Source of the DNA: Lama guanicoe
Lineage: Eukaryota
Direction of reading: 5' to 3'
Assembly (NCBI GenBank): GCA_013239625.1
Contig: MU053823.1
Coordinates: 395,698-459,697, forward strand
DNA: 64,000 nt
Of the stretch, positions 13,575 through 25,385 are shown one piece after another. The stretch's first letter is position 1; each line of letters begins with the position of its first letter. The notes below the pieces were generated by a model. That model did no database searches, had not been told where the DNA came from, and was given only the letters and a program-made list of their open reading frames with translations. A program made the position numbers and the translations under genes.

Positions 13575-13711
13575 ATGGATTGACCATCCTGCATTTTATC
13601 TGGCAAGCACATCCTCAGAGGATTCTGATACACACTCAGTGTATCACATACACATACAGTTCGAGAAATACTGATATGAAGGAAGGCCTACATTTAGTAG
13701 GAACACCCAGA
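13575..13711 (+). pseudogene. Putative tandem-PH-like pseudogene, segment 2 (3' end uncertain)
   Basis: Acceptor TTCAG| at 13574. Reads WIDHPAFYLASTSSEDSDTHSVYHIHIQFEKY*, resembling the PH beta7/alpha1 motif FYLxAxSxEE. Confidence 0.4.
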
Positions 13712-15646
13712 GGTGTTTGCAAAGTAGATTCTTACCCAGAACACAGTTGTGCCACACTGAAGCCCCAAGAAGCTCAATAACCTTCTTTCTGATCTTTGAT
13801 TTGGATAACTTTGATGCACTGAACTCTGATAACCCCTGACTGCCCACGGTTCCTTCATGGGGCCCTCCCTCAACTTGAATACAATTTGTCAGGTTAATTA
13901 AACAAGGGGCCATCGGACTGAACCAGCTCTGATGCCGAAACAGCCTATAAAAGCAAACCAAAATCTGAGCCTGTAAATGTCTCAAGGTTTCAAAATCGAC
14001 GACTAACAACTACCAATCACAAACCGCCAAATAGGCTTTAAGCTACAGCATTGCCTTGCTTGGGCCTTTTCCCTATAAAGTCTCTCCCCAGCTTCCATGG
14101 GCGGAGCACTCCTAACTGCAACCAGTTTGGCGCTGCCCAATTAGAATTGATTTTTCACAAAAACTCTTGATTTTAATATGCCACAGTGTATCTTTTAACT
14201 GTTCTGTTGTCAGAAAAAGGAGCCAAAAGAGCCCCTTCAGTGACCCCCAGGAGCAATGAGGGGCCAGCTGTAGGTTGCCACTGAGCCCACTGAGCCCACT
14301 GAGCTCACTGCTCTCACTGTGTCTGGAGGTCACAGGTGAGTTCCTCTTGGATCCTAGCTCCGCAGCCCTTGTGTTGTGAGCTGTCAGACTATCTGAGCAT
14401 TTTTCCAGCCTGGGTCCAGAAACTAGCCGGAGTCAAACCGGGTCCAGCTTAGAAACCAGATGGGTCCAGTGTGAGGTCTTAGGTGAATAAAATTTTAAGG
14501 CTGAACGAGTATGTTAACCTCACCAAAGATTACCTTGAATTACAGTGGCCAGAGAGGGGAACTCTTAACCCAGATCCATTGAAGAGATGCCCCAGAGAAA
14601 AAGGGCTCTTAGCCAAGCACTCACTACAAAGAGCGGAGGGGAAATTGTGGGAAGCTGCTAGGGCTCCTCGCCTCCCCGAGGCCTGCAGACAGGATCCTGG
14701 GAAAGCTGGCAGAAGCCAGCCAAGCGTGAGAATTCTGACCAAAGTTAGCTCTCCCAGGTCTCTCTGTGGTGCCTGGCCAAGAGAGGAAGGTAAAATTTCA
14801 TGTTGTCCTTGCCTTTCCAAATTCAGGCTCTTGTGAATTTGGTTTGGGGGTACCCACTGGTTATCCACCCCTTCTCTCCCAGGGACAGCCATTGCCTTCT
14901 TGTCCCATTTTGTGTCCTGAGAACTTGGCTTGGCTCTCTGCCTGCCTGGGACACCCAGGTTGTTGGTTCTCGTGTATGCAGGCAGCTCAGCCCTACCCCA
15001 CCCCCGCCCCCTACAAAATGCGGCCAGCCAGAAATGTGGGCTGTGCCCTATTTGTGGCTAGGGTCCTACTGACTGTTTCTGGCCCTCCCTTTGGGCTATT
15101 TTTCGAAGTGGCTCTGAATCTTGGGGAGTTAGTGTCTTTAGCACCCTCGTTGGGGACACCTCTTGCATCCTTGGGGTCGCTCAAAACTCCCAGGAGTATT
15201 TACTGTTTGCTCCATCTGAAACCTGCAAGATATTTGAAGAGATTTTTCTTTTTGAAGTAGCTCTATGGTCAGAAATTGGCCTCATCAGAAGCTGATATTC
15301 AAAGCCTTATAGGAACTGTTTTTTTTTTAGGAATTCTCTAAGTTAAAATGAAACTATGTACCCAGAGGGAAAGAAAAACATCGAGGCCATTGTGGAAAAC
15401 ATTCACAAAAAAACATTCCAAAGACACACAGCTCTAAATCCAGAACATAGTTATCTGGATTTCCGTCTTAGCTGGAAATCTCCCTTAAAAAAATAGAAGC
15501 TAATGTAGGTGGGTGGGTGGGTGGGTCAGCTTCGATCTGTCCTTGCCCGACAAATTAAGTCAAAAACAGAGAGTGCAATTCTGGAAGCAATTCAAAGCCA
15601 GAGTAAAACTCAAGTGGACTTTAAGGAGTCAGTATGAACCCTGGGG

Positions 15647-15778
15647 TGGGGAGGGTATAGCTCAGCTGTAGAGCGAGTGTTCAGCATGCATGAGGTCCTG
15701 GGTTCAGTCCCTGGTACCTCCATAAACAAACAAACCTAACTCCCCCCCACCACCAAAAAACAACCACCAAAAATAAAG
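15647..15778 (+). mobile_element. Camelid SINE nested in ERV
   Basis: ggggagggtatagctcagctgtagagc...gggttcagtccctggtacctcc. Confidence 0.9.
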
Positions 15779-15899
15779 ATCCCCTGGAAACACTGGCCTG
15801 CTGTTCTGTTTACAGGATTCCTGGCAGCCTTACCAGGTGAATAAGGAAGGTCCATTCCTGGCAGGCCCTTAACTCTGGCAATCAGCCCTGAATCTGGAA

Positions 15900-16260
15900 C
15901 TAATGCCAGAGCTGCAAAACGAAAGTCCCTAGACTTTCTCGCTAGGATGGTTTTAGTTACTATAATTGCTTGACATTACTTATCAGCTAAACAAGGAGAA
16001 ATTTGTGCCACAGCAAAGCTCCTCCTCTTGTACCTGGGTCAATACCACTGGTATTTTACCAAATACAAGAGATGAATAAATCAGCCACTTGGCTAAAGCA
16101 GGTTGATGACCTTTGGGTACATCCTCTGGTTTAGATGGTAACAATTGGTTTGGTTCATGGAAGGTCCTGAACCTTGGCCCAATATTCATCGTTGTTGTTT
16201 CCTTGGTGCACTGTGTTCTCTCAAAGGTCTTAAATGCATATTCATAGCCATCAGCAGTAC
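15900..16260 (+). pseudogene. Decayed retroviral env TM remnant
   Basis: ARAAKRKSLDFLARMVLVTIIA*HYLSAKQGEICATA/SSSCTWVNTTG matches the gamma-type TM heptad, immunosuppressive domain and CX6CC region. It carries a stop and a frameshift. Confidence 0.8.
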
Positions 16261-17585
16261 ATCAGATGGTCTCACTGTGCTTGGAGAACAAAAACAAGAT
16301 GAGTAACAAAAACAATTCTACTATCAACCTGACGTCATAATCAGTATCACCATGAGACAAGAGCAACTTAGCTCTGATGGTGACTTAGAGCAGCGCTAAT
16401 ACCAAATTTCTGGTAAATCTCTCATGAAAGAGAGGATGGTCAAAGGAAGAAGTTGTTAAATTAATTGAACAGGGGGCCGTGAGACTGAGGTGGCTCTTAT
16501 TCCAAGGCAGCCTACATAACCAAACCAAAATCTAAGCCTTGTAGATGCCTCAGGGTTACAAAATTAAAACCCAAGGATAATCAATCACCAACAGCCAAGT
16601 AGGCTTTGAGCTACAGCCGAGCAATAATTTCTCTTGCCTTGTTTCTGCCGTTTTTCTCCGCAGGATGCTATTGGTAGAGTGAGCCTAACCACCTCCAGTC
16701 TGGCACTACCAGATTCAAATCCACTTTTGCTCAAACTCAAATTTTTAATATGCCTCAGTTTATCTTTAACATGAACACTGCAGTTCTATATATTTATATA
16801 TGCAGGTCATACTGCATTGCATTAACTTTTTAGAAGATGGAGGAAAATGAACACAATTTATCCAAATTTGTGAGAAGCAGCAAAAGCAACGTGTAGAGGG
16901 AAATTTATGTCATTGAATGCATATATTAAACAAAAACATCTGGAAACTAGAAAAACGGTGCAAATGAAATCCAATTTTAGCAGAGGAAAGAAGCAAGATT
17001 CAGAGCTGAAATCAGTGAAACCAATTCTCTACAAGCTCTTCCAAAGGACAGAAGCTTCTACTACTTAATAAGTTACTTCCTAACTTATTCTTTGGGGCCA
17101 GCATTACACCAGACAAAGACCTCCTAAAAAATACAACTAACAGGCCAATTATCTCTCATGAACAAATATGCAAAAACTCCTCAACAAAGTATTAACGAAT
17201 CAAATTCAACAATATATGAGAATTATATCCCATGTCCCAGTGGGATTTAACCCAGGTCATGCAAGGCTATCCAGATGTAATCCATAGCATCAAGGCTAAA
17301 GAAGAAAAACCACATGATTATTCCCAGAGATGGAGAGAGGGCTTTTTAGCAAAAATCCAACATCCATCGTGAAAACTCTCAGCATACTAGGAATAAAGAA
17401 CATTTACAAAAACCTGTAGCTAACATCATACATAGTGAGATGCTAGAAGCTTTCCTACTATGATCCTAACAAGGCAAGGATGTCCTGTCTCACCACTGCT
17501 TTTCAACATCATACTAGATGTCCAACTAATGCACGAGGTCCTGGATTCAACCCCTAGAGCCTCCATGAGGGAGGTAAATAAATAA

Positions 17586-17958
17586 ACTAGCAGGTATCCT
17601 ACAGTTCAGTTCAGTTTGGCACTATCTACCTGGAGTTAGTGTCAGATCTCACAAGTTAAAAGCTTAGTGACACAAGACTGCTTCCACCTCGGATGCCAGT
17701 TCCAAGTCCTGCCTCCTGTACTTCTGACCAACTGGCTACCCATCAAGGTTCTCATAATCCCTTCCTCAAGTGCATTAATTTGTTAGAATGGCTCACAGAA
17801 CTCAGAAAGTGCTTTACTTACTCATTATTACCTATTTATTATAAGACTACAAACTCAGGAACAGCCCAAAGGAAGGGATGCTATGCATTAGGTGATTTTT
17901 TTTTTTGCATTAGGTGATTTTTATGGAGGCTTCATTACGTGGGGGTGATTGATTAAAG
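17586..17958. mobile_element. MER21-like LTR fragment nested in L1
   Basis: ctatctacctggagttagtgtcagatctcacaagttaa...caagactg resembles the recalled MER21 consensus. Confidence 0.65.
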
Positions 17959-17984
17959 TACCAGAATAGACAACACCATATTGA

Positions 17985-18513
17985 ATGGGAAAAACCGATT
18001 TTGAGGCCTGACCCTCCCTGACTTTGAAACTTACTGTTGAAACTGATGGCTGTCATCAGTTGGATCCCTTGAACTCCAACTTGCTTAATAACCTACCTTC
18101 ACGGACCAAGCTTGCTTTAATTGTCCCTGCAAACTGCATACCCTCCAAGCTTCCCGAAGCTTGGACAAAACTTCACAAGACTTTAACAAGCATGAAGGAT
18201 GGTCTTTTGATGTCAGAGGGCAAAAAACTCCACCCTCGGATCTTGCTAATGCCACCACTTTCATAAAGAAGCATGTAACTCAGGTCCATCTGTGCAGAAC
18301 ACTGATTAGCTCACCTTTATTTATCTTGCCTCCAATCTCAACACCTCAGACCACCCTGCCTCTTTATTCCATAAATACTCCAAGCCCCTCACCTTCAAGG
18401 AGGTAGATTTGAGCTATGTTCTCCTCACTTGCCTGTCTCTTGAATGAACCCTTTCCCTGCTGCAAAACCTGACATCTGGCTTGCTGTCTGTATGTCAGAC
18501 TGGTTTGGTAACA
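17985..18513 (+). mobile_element. Solo ERV LTR nested in L1
   Basis: LTR-like composition with TATA-like ccataaat and terminus ggtaaca; interrupts L1 ORF2 sequence. Confidence 0.6.
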
Positions 18514-18752
18514 TTAGAAAGCTACAGTAATTAAGAACAAACACCAGGCCCAGAAATAGACCCACAGAAATATAGTCAATTGATCTTGAGCAAAGGAACG
18601 AAGGCAGTACAATGGAGCAACAAAAGTCTTTTCAACAAATGGTGCTGAACAACTGGACATCCACATACAAAAAAAAAAAAATTAATCTAGACCCAGACCA
18701 TATGCCCTTCTCAAAAATCAACTTCAATATGTCATAGACCTAACATGAAACA

Positions 18753-18884
18753 NNNNNNNNNNNNNNNNNNNNNNNNNNNNNNNNNNNNNNNNNNNNNNNN
18801 NNNNNNNNNNNNNNNNNNNNNNNNNNNNNNNNNNNNNNNNNNNNNNNNNNNNNNNNNNNNNNNNNNNNNNNNNNNNNNNNNNNN
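18753..18884. other. Assembly gap (N run) inside L1
   Basis: Run of n characters. Confidence 1.
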
Positions 18885-19006
18885 AGCAAAAGACAACTGT
18901 CAGGAGAATGAAAAGCCACAGACTGGAAGAAAATATTTGCAAAAGACATCTGACAAAAGAATGTTTATCCAAAATGTATAAACAACTCTCAAAATTCAAT
19001 AAGAGT

Positions 19007-19110
19007 TGGGGAGGGTATAGCTCAGTGGTAGAGTGCATGTTTATCATGCAGAAGGCCCTGAGTTCAATCCCTAGTACCTCCATTTAAAAAAAGAAAAGAA
19101 AATGGAAAAA
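19007..19110 (+). mobile_element. Camelid SINE nested in L1
   Basis: Full head; TSD-like aaaa(t/c)tcaa(t/c)aaga. Confidence 0.9.
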
Positions 19111-20245
19111 CTCAACAAGAAAATGAACAACCTGATTGAAAAACGAGCAAAAGACCTGAACATAACCTCATCGATAGAGATATAAGATGCCAAATAATAT
19201 ATGGAAAAAACACTCCACATCATGTGTCATTAGAGAAATGAGCATCAAAAACAAAGAAATACCGTAATATGCCCATTAGAATGGTTAAAATCCAGAGCAC
19301 TGATAATATGAGCAACTCTCATGCAGTGCTGAGAATGCAAAGTGATACAGCCACTCTGGGAGACGATTTGGTATTTTCGTACAAAAATAAATACTATTAC
19401 CATATGATCCATCAGCTGTGCTCTTTGATATTTACCCAAAGGAAAAACACAAAAAACTGCACAAGGATGCTTATCGCAGCTTCACAACTGCCCAAACTTG
19501 GAAACAATCAAGATGCTCTTCAACAGGTGAATACATAATTTAACTGTTTTACATCCAGACAATGGAATATTGTTCAGCACTAAAAAGAAATGAACTACCA
19601 AGCCATGAAAAGGCACAGAGGAACCTTAAATGCATGGTTACTAAGAGAAAGAAGCCAGTCTGAAAAAATTACATACTGTATGATTCCAACCATATATATT
19701 ATAGAAAAAGACAAAACTATGAGGCAGTAACAAGGTCAGTCAGGCAGCCTTTTGTTTCAGGGCTTAGATGGGGAGAAGGAATGAACAGGCGGAGCTCAGA
19801 GTCCTTGGAGGGCAGTGGAACTGCTCTGTCTGATATTATAATGGTAGATCCATGTCATTACACATTTGTCAACACCCATAGAATGCACAGCAGTAAGAGT
19901 GAACCTTAATCCACTCTTTATAACAGTGGACCTCTCTGGTACAGGACGTTGATGGTGGGGAAGGATGTGGTATGTGGGGCAGGGAGTCTATGAGAATTCT
20001 CTGTATTTTCCACTCAATTTCGCTGTGATCATGAACTGCTCTAAAAAGAAAAATCTATTTGAAATGGTAGCAGGGAAGCAATGGGCTTAAGACAGGGCAT
20101 GCTTCTCCAGCCATTCTAGAATTACTTGGGGGTAGAATTCACTGGGCTGGTGGTGATCACGCTTTTCAAACACGTCAAACATTCAGGAGAGTCTACGTTT
20201 CTATCTCATTTTACACCTGATAGTAAACCTTTCTGTCCTTTAAAG

Positions 20246-20365
20246 CAGCCAGTGCTACTGAGGAGTTATCTCAGTTGTTTCTTCACACATCAGGGAATAA
20301 AGAAAGTTCAGTGTCACTTCTCTCTCCCACAAGATTCTTGATTCCTCGAACGTAGTAATTGTGAC
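20246..20365 (+). pseudogene. Putative tandem-PH-like pseudogene, segment 3
   Basis: Acceptor CTTTCTGTCCTTTAAAG| at 20245. Reads QPVLLRSYLSCFFTHQGIKKVQCHFSLPQDS*FLE (TGA 20339-20341), similar to segment 1 and to PH beta1-beta3. Donor not identified. Confidence 0.4.
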
Positions 20366-20384
20366 TGATTCATCTTTTAAAATT

Positions 20385-21480
20385 ACCCGTAGTACTTGGT
20401 GAAGTGCCTGGCACTGAGCAGGCAGCCAAATATAAATAAGATACGGTTCTGAGTCATTAGGAGTCTTCCATCCTGTCGGGCAAAGCTCAAGAGCTGTGCT
20501 GCATGAAGCACAACAGTCAGTTGAGATAGTAAATAGGGTGTAGGTAGGAAAAGGCAACCAGACCACAAAACTGGTTCGGAGAAGTGATTTGTTGCCCTCT
20601 CGTGTCCAGTTTTAGGAAATACATCCTCTCCAGTCCCCAGACAACATTTCCTTCTAATGCAGGGAATGGGTGGGTGAGTCCCTGTGCTGGGTTTTGAGCA
20701 TGCAACACTGAACAAAGCATCTGCCCACAATCAGCCCACATGGCAGTGGAGACAGTCAGGGAAACAATCCAACGGGGATATTACCCAAGCTGAGTTGTAA
20801 AGGATGAGTAGGAATTAGCCAAGTGAACATATGGGTTGTGGTAAATTAAGGATTGTGATGTGGGTTTTTCAATAGAACATAGCACGTACAATGGCTTAGA
20901 AGCAAAAGAGCCTGGAGATCTGACAGTACTGTAAGTAATTCAGTGTGGCCGGAAAGCAAGATGCAAACGTGTAGGGGTGGGCGGGCTGGAGAACTGGTGA
21001 TGAGATATGGAACTAAGAAGGTCCACCCATATCCTAAAGAGAATGAGTTGTCTTTAAGGTTTTTAAGCCAGAGTGACCTAATTGGAGTAGTTCTAGAAAA
21101 ATTGCTCTTAGGGCTTTGTGTTATAAACAAAGTTGGGGAAACACTGAACTGGGAGACCAGTTAAGACTCTGTTGGAGCAATGACAGGACTGAACTGAACT
21201 GAAGTGGTGATGGAAATAAAATGGAGGAAGTGGATGGATTTGAAAGATATTAGAGAGGTAAGATCAACAGGATTTTGGCAACAAAGGGTGTGTGTGGGTG
21301 TGTGTGCATGCACATTCGTGCAGGCATACTGGGAATCAAGGTGAGGCAAGGAAAGACACTGAAGAAACTGGGGGTGACTCATACTTGCTTCAATTGGGTA
21401 ATGGGGTGACAGTAACAACACAGTCCTAGGATGGGATAGACTTGCAAGGAAGATGACTCAATTTTACATATGCATAGCAA
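20385..21480. mobile_element. L2 remnants
   Basis: Typical degenerate L2 3' motifs (aagtgcctggcac, gaagtggatggatttgaaagatatt). Confidence 0.6.
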
Positions 21481-22255
21481 AGGCAATTTAGCTTACTCAA
21501 CATTTATTCAAATGTTCTTTCTCCTTGTGCACCTTCCTCTACTAGAGAGTGTGAAAAACTAAAAACTACATACCCCAGATGCTTCTACAGCTAGAGTTTG
21601 GTTGGGGTTGAGGTTCCAGCCACCATACGCACTAGCATAAGTCTTGAATTGAAATCCAAGGTAAGTGAAGTAGGAGGCAGGGAGTGAGGATCCGTTTTGC
21701 TGGTGTGGATTCCAGCAGAGCCAGTGTGGTCTGGAGCCTGGGTGGTGACATCACGGCATGGAAGGTGGCCTCCAGAAGGTGGGAGGAACACTAGGGTCTC
21801 TCGGTAGTTGTTCCTGGGAGTCTGTTCTTTACCTTCGCCTCCCCGCTTTTCTTTTTCCTTTTTCTAAGGAGCATACTAAGCCTGTGCTCTACCACTGAGC
21901 TATACATCCCACCCCCTCCCCTTTCTGCTTAAACGATTTTACTCTCTATAATATAAAACCCAACTGACTGAAGCTGCCAATGGGACATCCACTTGAGATG
22001 TGCTACTGTACCTTCAGACGCAGAGCATATCTGGAAGCATAAATCAATAGATGGTAAACAGACACAGGAGTGGAGTAGAGTTAAACGAGAGCTGGCTCAG
22101 GAAGAACCTTGAAAACTACTAGCGTTTAAGGGGAAGCAGAAAAACAGTAAGAAATGTAAGAGAACACTGAGCAGATCTAAGAGGTAAACCAGGGAAGCAA
22201 CATCATAGATGCCCAGTGGTGGACACATTTCAAAAAGGAGGGACAAGAAGGGATA

Positions 22256-22385
22256 GAGGGGAGGATATACCTCGGTGGTATAACGCATGCTTAGCATGCA
22301 CGAGGTCCTGGGTTCAATCCCCAGTACCTCCTCTAAAAATAAACAAAGAAATAAACTTAATTACCCCCCTCCAAAAAAAAATAAA
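22256..22385 (+). mobile_element. Camelid SINE
   Basis: gcatgcttagcatgcacgaggtcctgggttcaatccccagtacctcc. Confidence 0.9.
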
Positions 22386-22621
22386 CATATCAATCATGTA
22401 AATGTGCTACATTCAATGATTATATTGGCTATTATTTGTTAATAATTATATACATTGAACGTCCTTTTTTTTTTTTTTAGCATTTGTTAATTCCAGGCTC
22501 TGTGTTTCTTTGTTTTTTTGATGGGTAGAATGGAAGATAGAGATTTCCTGTTGATTAATCAGTTTCTGGTATTTGTCCTATTTTGTTTGTCTATAGCTGT
22601 TTTTATCAAGAATTTAATTTG

Positions 22622-22623
<2 letters not shown>

Positions 22624-22655
<32 letters not shown>
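22624..22655 (+). repeat. (TG)n microsatellite
   Basis: Direct reading. Confidence 0.95.
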
Positions 22656-22656
<1 letters not shown>

Positions 22657-22671
22657 TCCCCCCTATTTCAG

Positions 22672-22818
22672 GAAACCTAACAGAATCGTGAACCTGGATC
22701 AAGCATCTGATGTTTGCGTGGTCAAGAGAGTGTGGCTGTAACAGCGCAAAACCTCCAATGCCATCTGAAAATGTACACAAAGTAAAATGGGGAGACAGAC
22801 ACACTCATTGTTGTTGAC
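22672..22818 (+). pseudogene. Putative tandem-PH-like pseudogene, segment 4
   Basis: 147 nt between CTATTTCAG| and |GTGAGT. The phase-2/2 frame reads KPNRIVNLDQASDVCVVKRVWL*QRKTSNAI*KCTQSKMGRQTHSLLL (stops 22739-41, 22766-68). Confidence 0.45.
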
Positions 22819-23866
22819 GTGAGTTACACGTTTCACATGCACTGATTTTATAGCTCTTCTGCCAAAGTTGATTTCTGGAGTAACTGTTGCCCAGTTCCTG
22901 TTTCCTATAGCTCTGTTCTTCTCGTGTTGAATCAAAATGCTGCTGGTGGTGCTCCCATTTTCTCTCAAACTCCTTTCTTCTCTACAACTTTATCCTCTAC
23001 TTCTTTGCATTTGACTCCATATTTGAATGTTTCTATCTTGAAATAGGAGGTTCCCATTTCAAGTCTTCATCTCAATCAACTCAGTCCAAATGACCAAATT
23101 TTGAGTTGCTGTCTGTGCTAACCATGATGTCGGCCAGAGATGAGTGAGACTTCGCCTCTGCAATCAAGGACCTCTCGGTCTAATCCGGAACACAGATACG
23201 TAAAAGAAGGGATATCCTAAAGCTGATGCCAAAATTATAAAAAGACACAGAGAGGTAGCTCAGTAGAGAGGATGATGACCTCTCCAGAGGCAGAGGGGAC
23301 CGGGAAAGGCTTCTGGGAAGAGCAGCATGTAAGCTGGGCTTTGATGTACGTACAAGCATTTATTTACTAGACTTGGGGAAAAGGATATCTCAGAAAGGAA
23401 GAAACAAAGGACACTGCACGGAGCGCACGGAGAACAGGGTGCTGGAGGGCTGCGGGTTACTGAGAGGCGGGACGCTTTCCCAGGCCCCAGCGCTGTGAGG
23501 ACATCCATTTGCTGGCTCCTAAGTCCTCCACGGACTCCATCTCTTAAGTTTGGCTGTTACTACTTGATTGCTTCACTCCTCTACACACACCACTCTCCCC
23601 CCAGCCCCCTCCCTCATATAACCCTCCTCCCTTCCTTTCCTTCCTTTTATGGGATTCTTGCATGTCTAGGCCCTGGATTTAGTTTAGTTGGACTGGACTG
23701 TAGGAATAACGTTTCTGTACATTTGCCCAGAGGCCTTCAGCTAATGGGTGTATTCTTTGCGGGCCAATAAACAGATGAATAAACCAGCTTGCTGTCTGCA
23801 TCTCTGCCTGCCTCCCTCTTTCTTTGTGCTTTCCCATCTTCCATTGCTTTTTCCTGGGTATCTCAG

Positions 23867-24160
23867 ACGTTCGATGGCCTGCAGTAAGTCACTTGTGCAC
23901 GTGCTAGTCAGTTGCACGCAGGACTCTCCTGTGGCTGGAGACTGTCCCCTCGACCCACAGGAGATCCAGCCTGTGACGGATGAGTGTGTGGACTGCTGCC
24001 CAGGGAGTCCTTCCCCGGGGTCAGCGAGAGCCTCGGAACAGGCGCGGCTCACATCTCTGGACGGCAGCTACTCGTTCCTGACCGGGGGTGCTGACTTTGA
24101 TCTCATGTGATGAAATGTGTGCTAGAACAGAGGCTGCCCAAACCACCCGGGAAAAATAAA
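23867..24160 (+). pseudogene. Putative tandem-PH-like pseudogene, terminal exon
   Basis: Pyrimidine tract plus CTCAG| at 23866, phase-compatible with segment 4. Open frame RSMACSKSLVHVLVS...YSFLTGGADFDLM* to 24110; AATAAA at 24155-24160. Confidence 0.45.
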
Positions 24161-25194
24161 CCAGAGGCCCTCCAAAGCTGGGGGTGGGAACTGTGCTGGA
24201 AGGGGCCACCAGAGCAGCCATGAACAGAAATCAACCAAACCTCTTGCAAGTTCACTGCGTTCTTGCATGTCCAACAAGAATATATGGTGGTTTCTGCTCT
24301 CCTGCCAGTTCCCACCTTGTTCCTTCTCCATTCTGTCCGAGGTGCTGCTCGCTGCCTGCCTTCCCCCTCGGCCTTGATCTGAACATTCTGTTCCTGTTTG
24401 CACTGCCCTAACTTCAGACTCCCTCCAGAGACCCCAGGAGAGCGCCCCCTCCCACTGCCTGGGGAGGCTTTCCCTAAACTACAGCCTCTGGCCCCGCCAG
24501 CACGTTGAGGTCATCGCTGCCCCCGCCAAGTGACTGGCCTGAGTTCAGTCTCTCCATCTGTCTGTGCTTCACAGGAAACCTGATTGTGGCTCTAGGCTCT
24601 CCTCCTTTGCAGGTCCTGCCTTTGTTCTGCTCTGCGCCTGCTTTGGTTGCTCCCCCTACACCCCGCCCCTGCCTTCTCTTTGCCTGACTCTCCCCAGATG
24701 GGGGCCACATCTGCGCTCTCACTGTGGAGCAGATGGGGAGAGAGCAAGTTCTGGGCCAGGCAGCTCAGGAAGAGCTAGGGTTTGTACTCAGATTAGTTCT
24801 GGGGACTGACCAGAACCTGTGTATCTCAGAGGGGGAGCACAGTAGCTCCCTAAGAAAAACCAAAGTGCTATTTGCTTATTTCTGACTAAGTTCGTAGCTC
24901 ATCCTTAAGACAGCTAATATCCCTTCCTCCCTCCCTGCCTCCCTCCCTCCCTTCCTTTCTTCCTTCCTTCCTCACCTTCCATCATTTATTCTCGTCTTTC
25001 TTCTAGCCTGAGATACTACCAGCTCTGTCTACCTGTTCTCTTCTCTAATTTTGCTCGTCAGGGAAATACACAACACAGACTAAACAAAATAACGAGAAAT
25101 GTATGTAGTTATAGTGCACAGAAGGTCAACGTTCTTCAGATTTGAGTTTCGGTAATTCAGCTTTACTCCCTCCCAAGTGGAGACGCGTGTTTTT

Positions 25195-25385
25195 TTTTTA
25201 ATTGAAGTGTAGTTGATTTACAATGTTGTGTTAGTTTCTGGTGTACAACAAAGTGACTCAGTTTATATATGTGTGTTTATATATACATACTATGGTTTCT
25301 TTTTCATGTTCTTTTCCATTATAGGTTATTATAAGATGTTGAATATAGTTCCCTGTGCTGTACAGTAGGACCTTATTATTCCACC
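25195..25385 (-). mobile_element. L1 3' end
   Basis: aattgaagtgtagttgatttacaatgttgtg...gaatatagttccctgtgctgtacagtagg. Confidence 0.8.

Larger units (their letters stand above)
13887..16771 (+). mobile_element. Internally deleted class I (ERV1/MER4-group-like) provirus with two LTRs
   Basis: Homologous ~315 bp LTRs at 13887-14200 and 16454-16771 (TG start, ...tatcttt(t)aac end). Degenerate tRNA-Leu-like PBS tgttgtcagaa at ~14205, leader donor CAG|GTGAGT at ~14336, and a purine tract before the 3' LTR. Confidence 0.85.
16810..20060 (+). mobile_element. Old fragmented L1 (L1MC-like 3' end) with nested LTRs and SINEs
   Basis: Recognisable ORF2 fragments (ttcaacaaatggtgctg, agaaatagaccc). 3'UTR ends ctcaatttcgctgtga...ctgctctaaaaa. 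Confidence 0.8.

Noticed and set aside
14279-14320. Short tandem cactgagcc repeats (CRISPR-like)
   Set aside because: It is a 9-bp tandem repeat without spacers in an ERV leader of a mammalian genome.
15900-16260. env remnant as a co-opted syncytin-like gene
   Set aside because: It has a stop, a frameshift and no SU region.
22718-22750. Resemblance to POU homeodomain helix 3 (VVRVWFCNRR)
   Set aside because: It needs several indels within about 30 nt and no flanking POU sequence is present. The PH-like reading fits the splice phases better.
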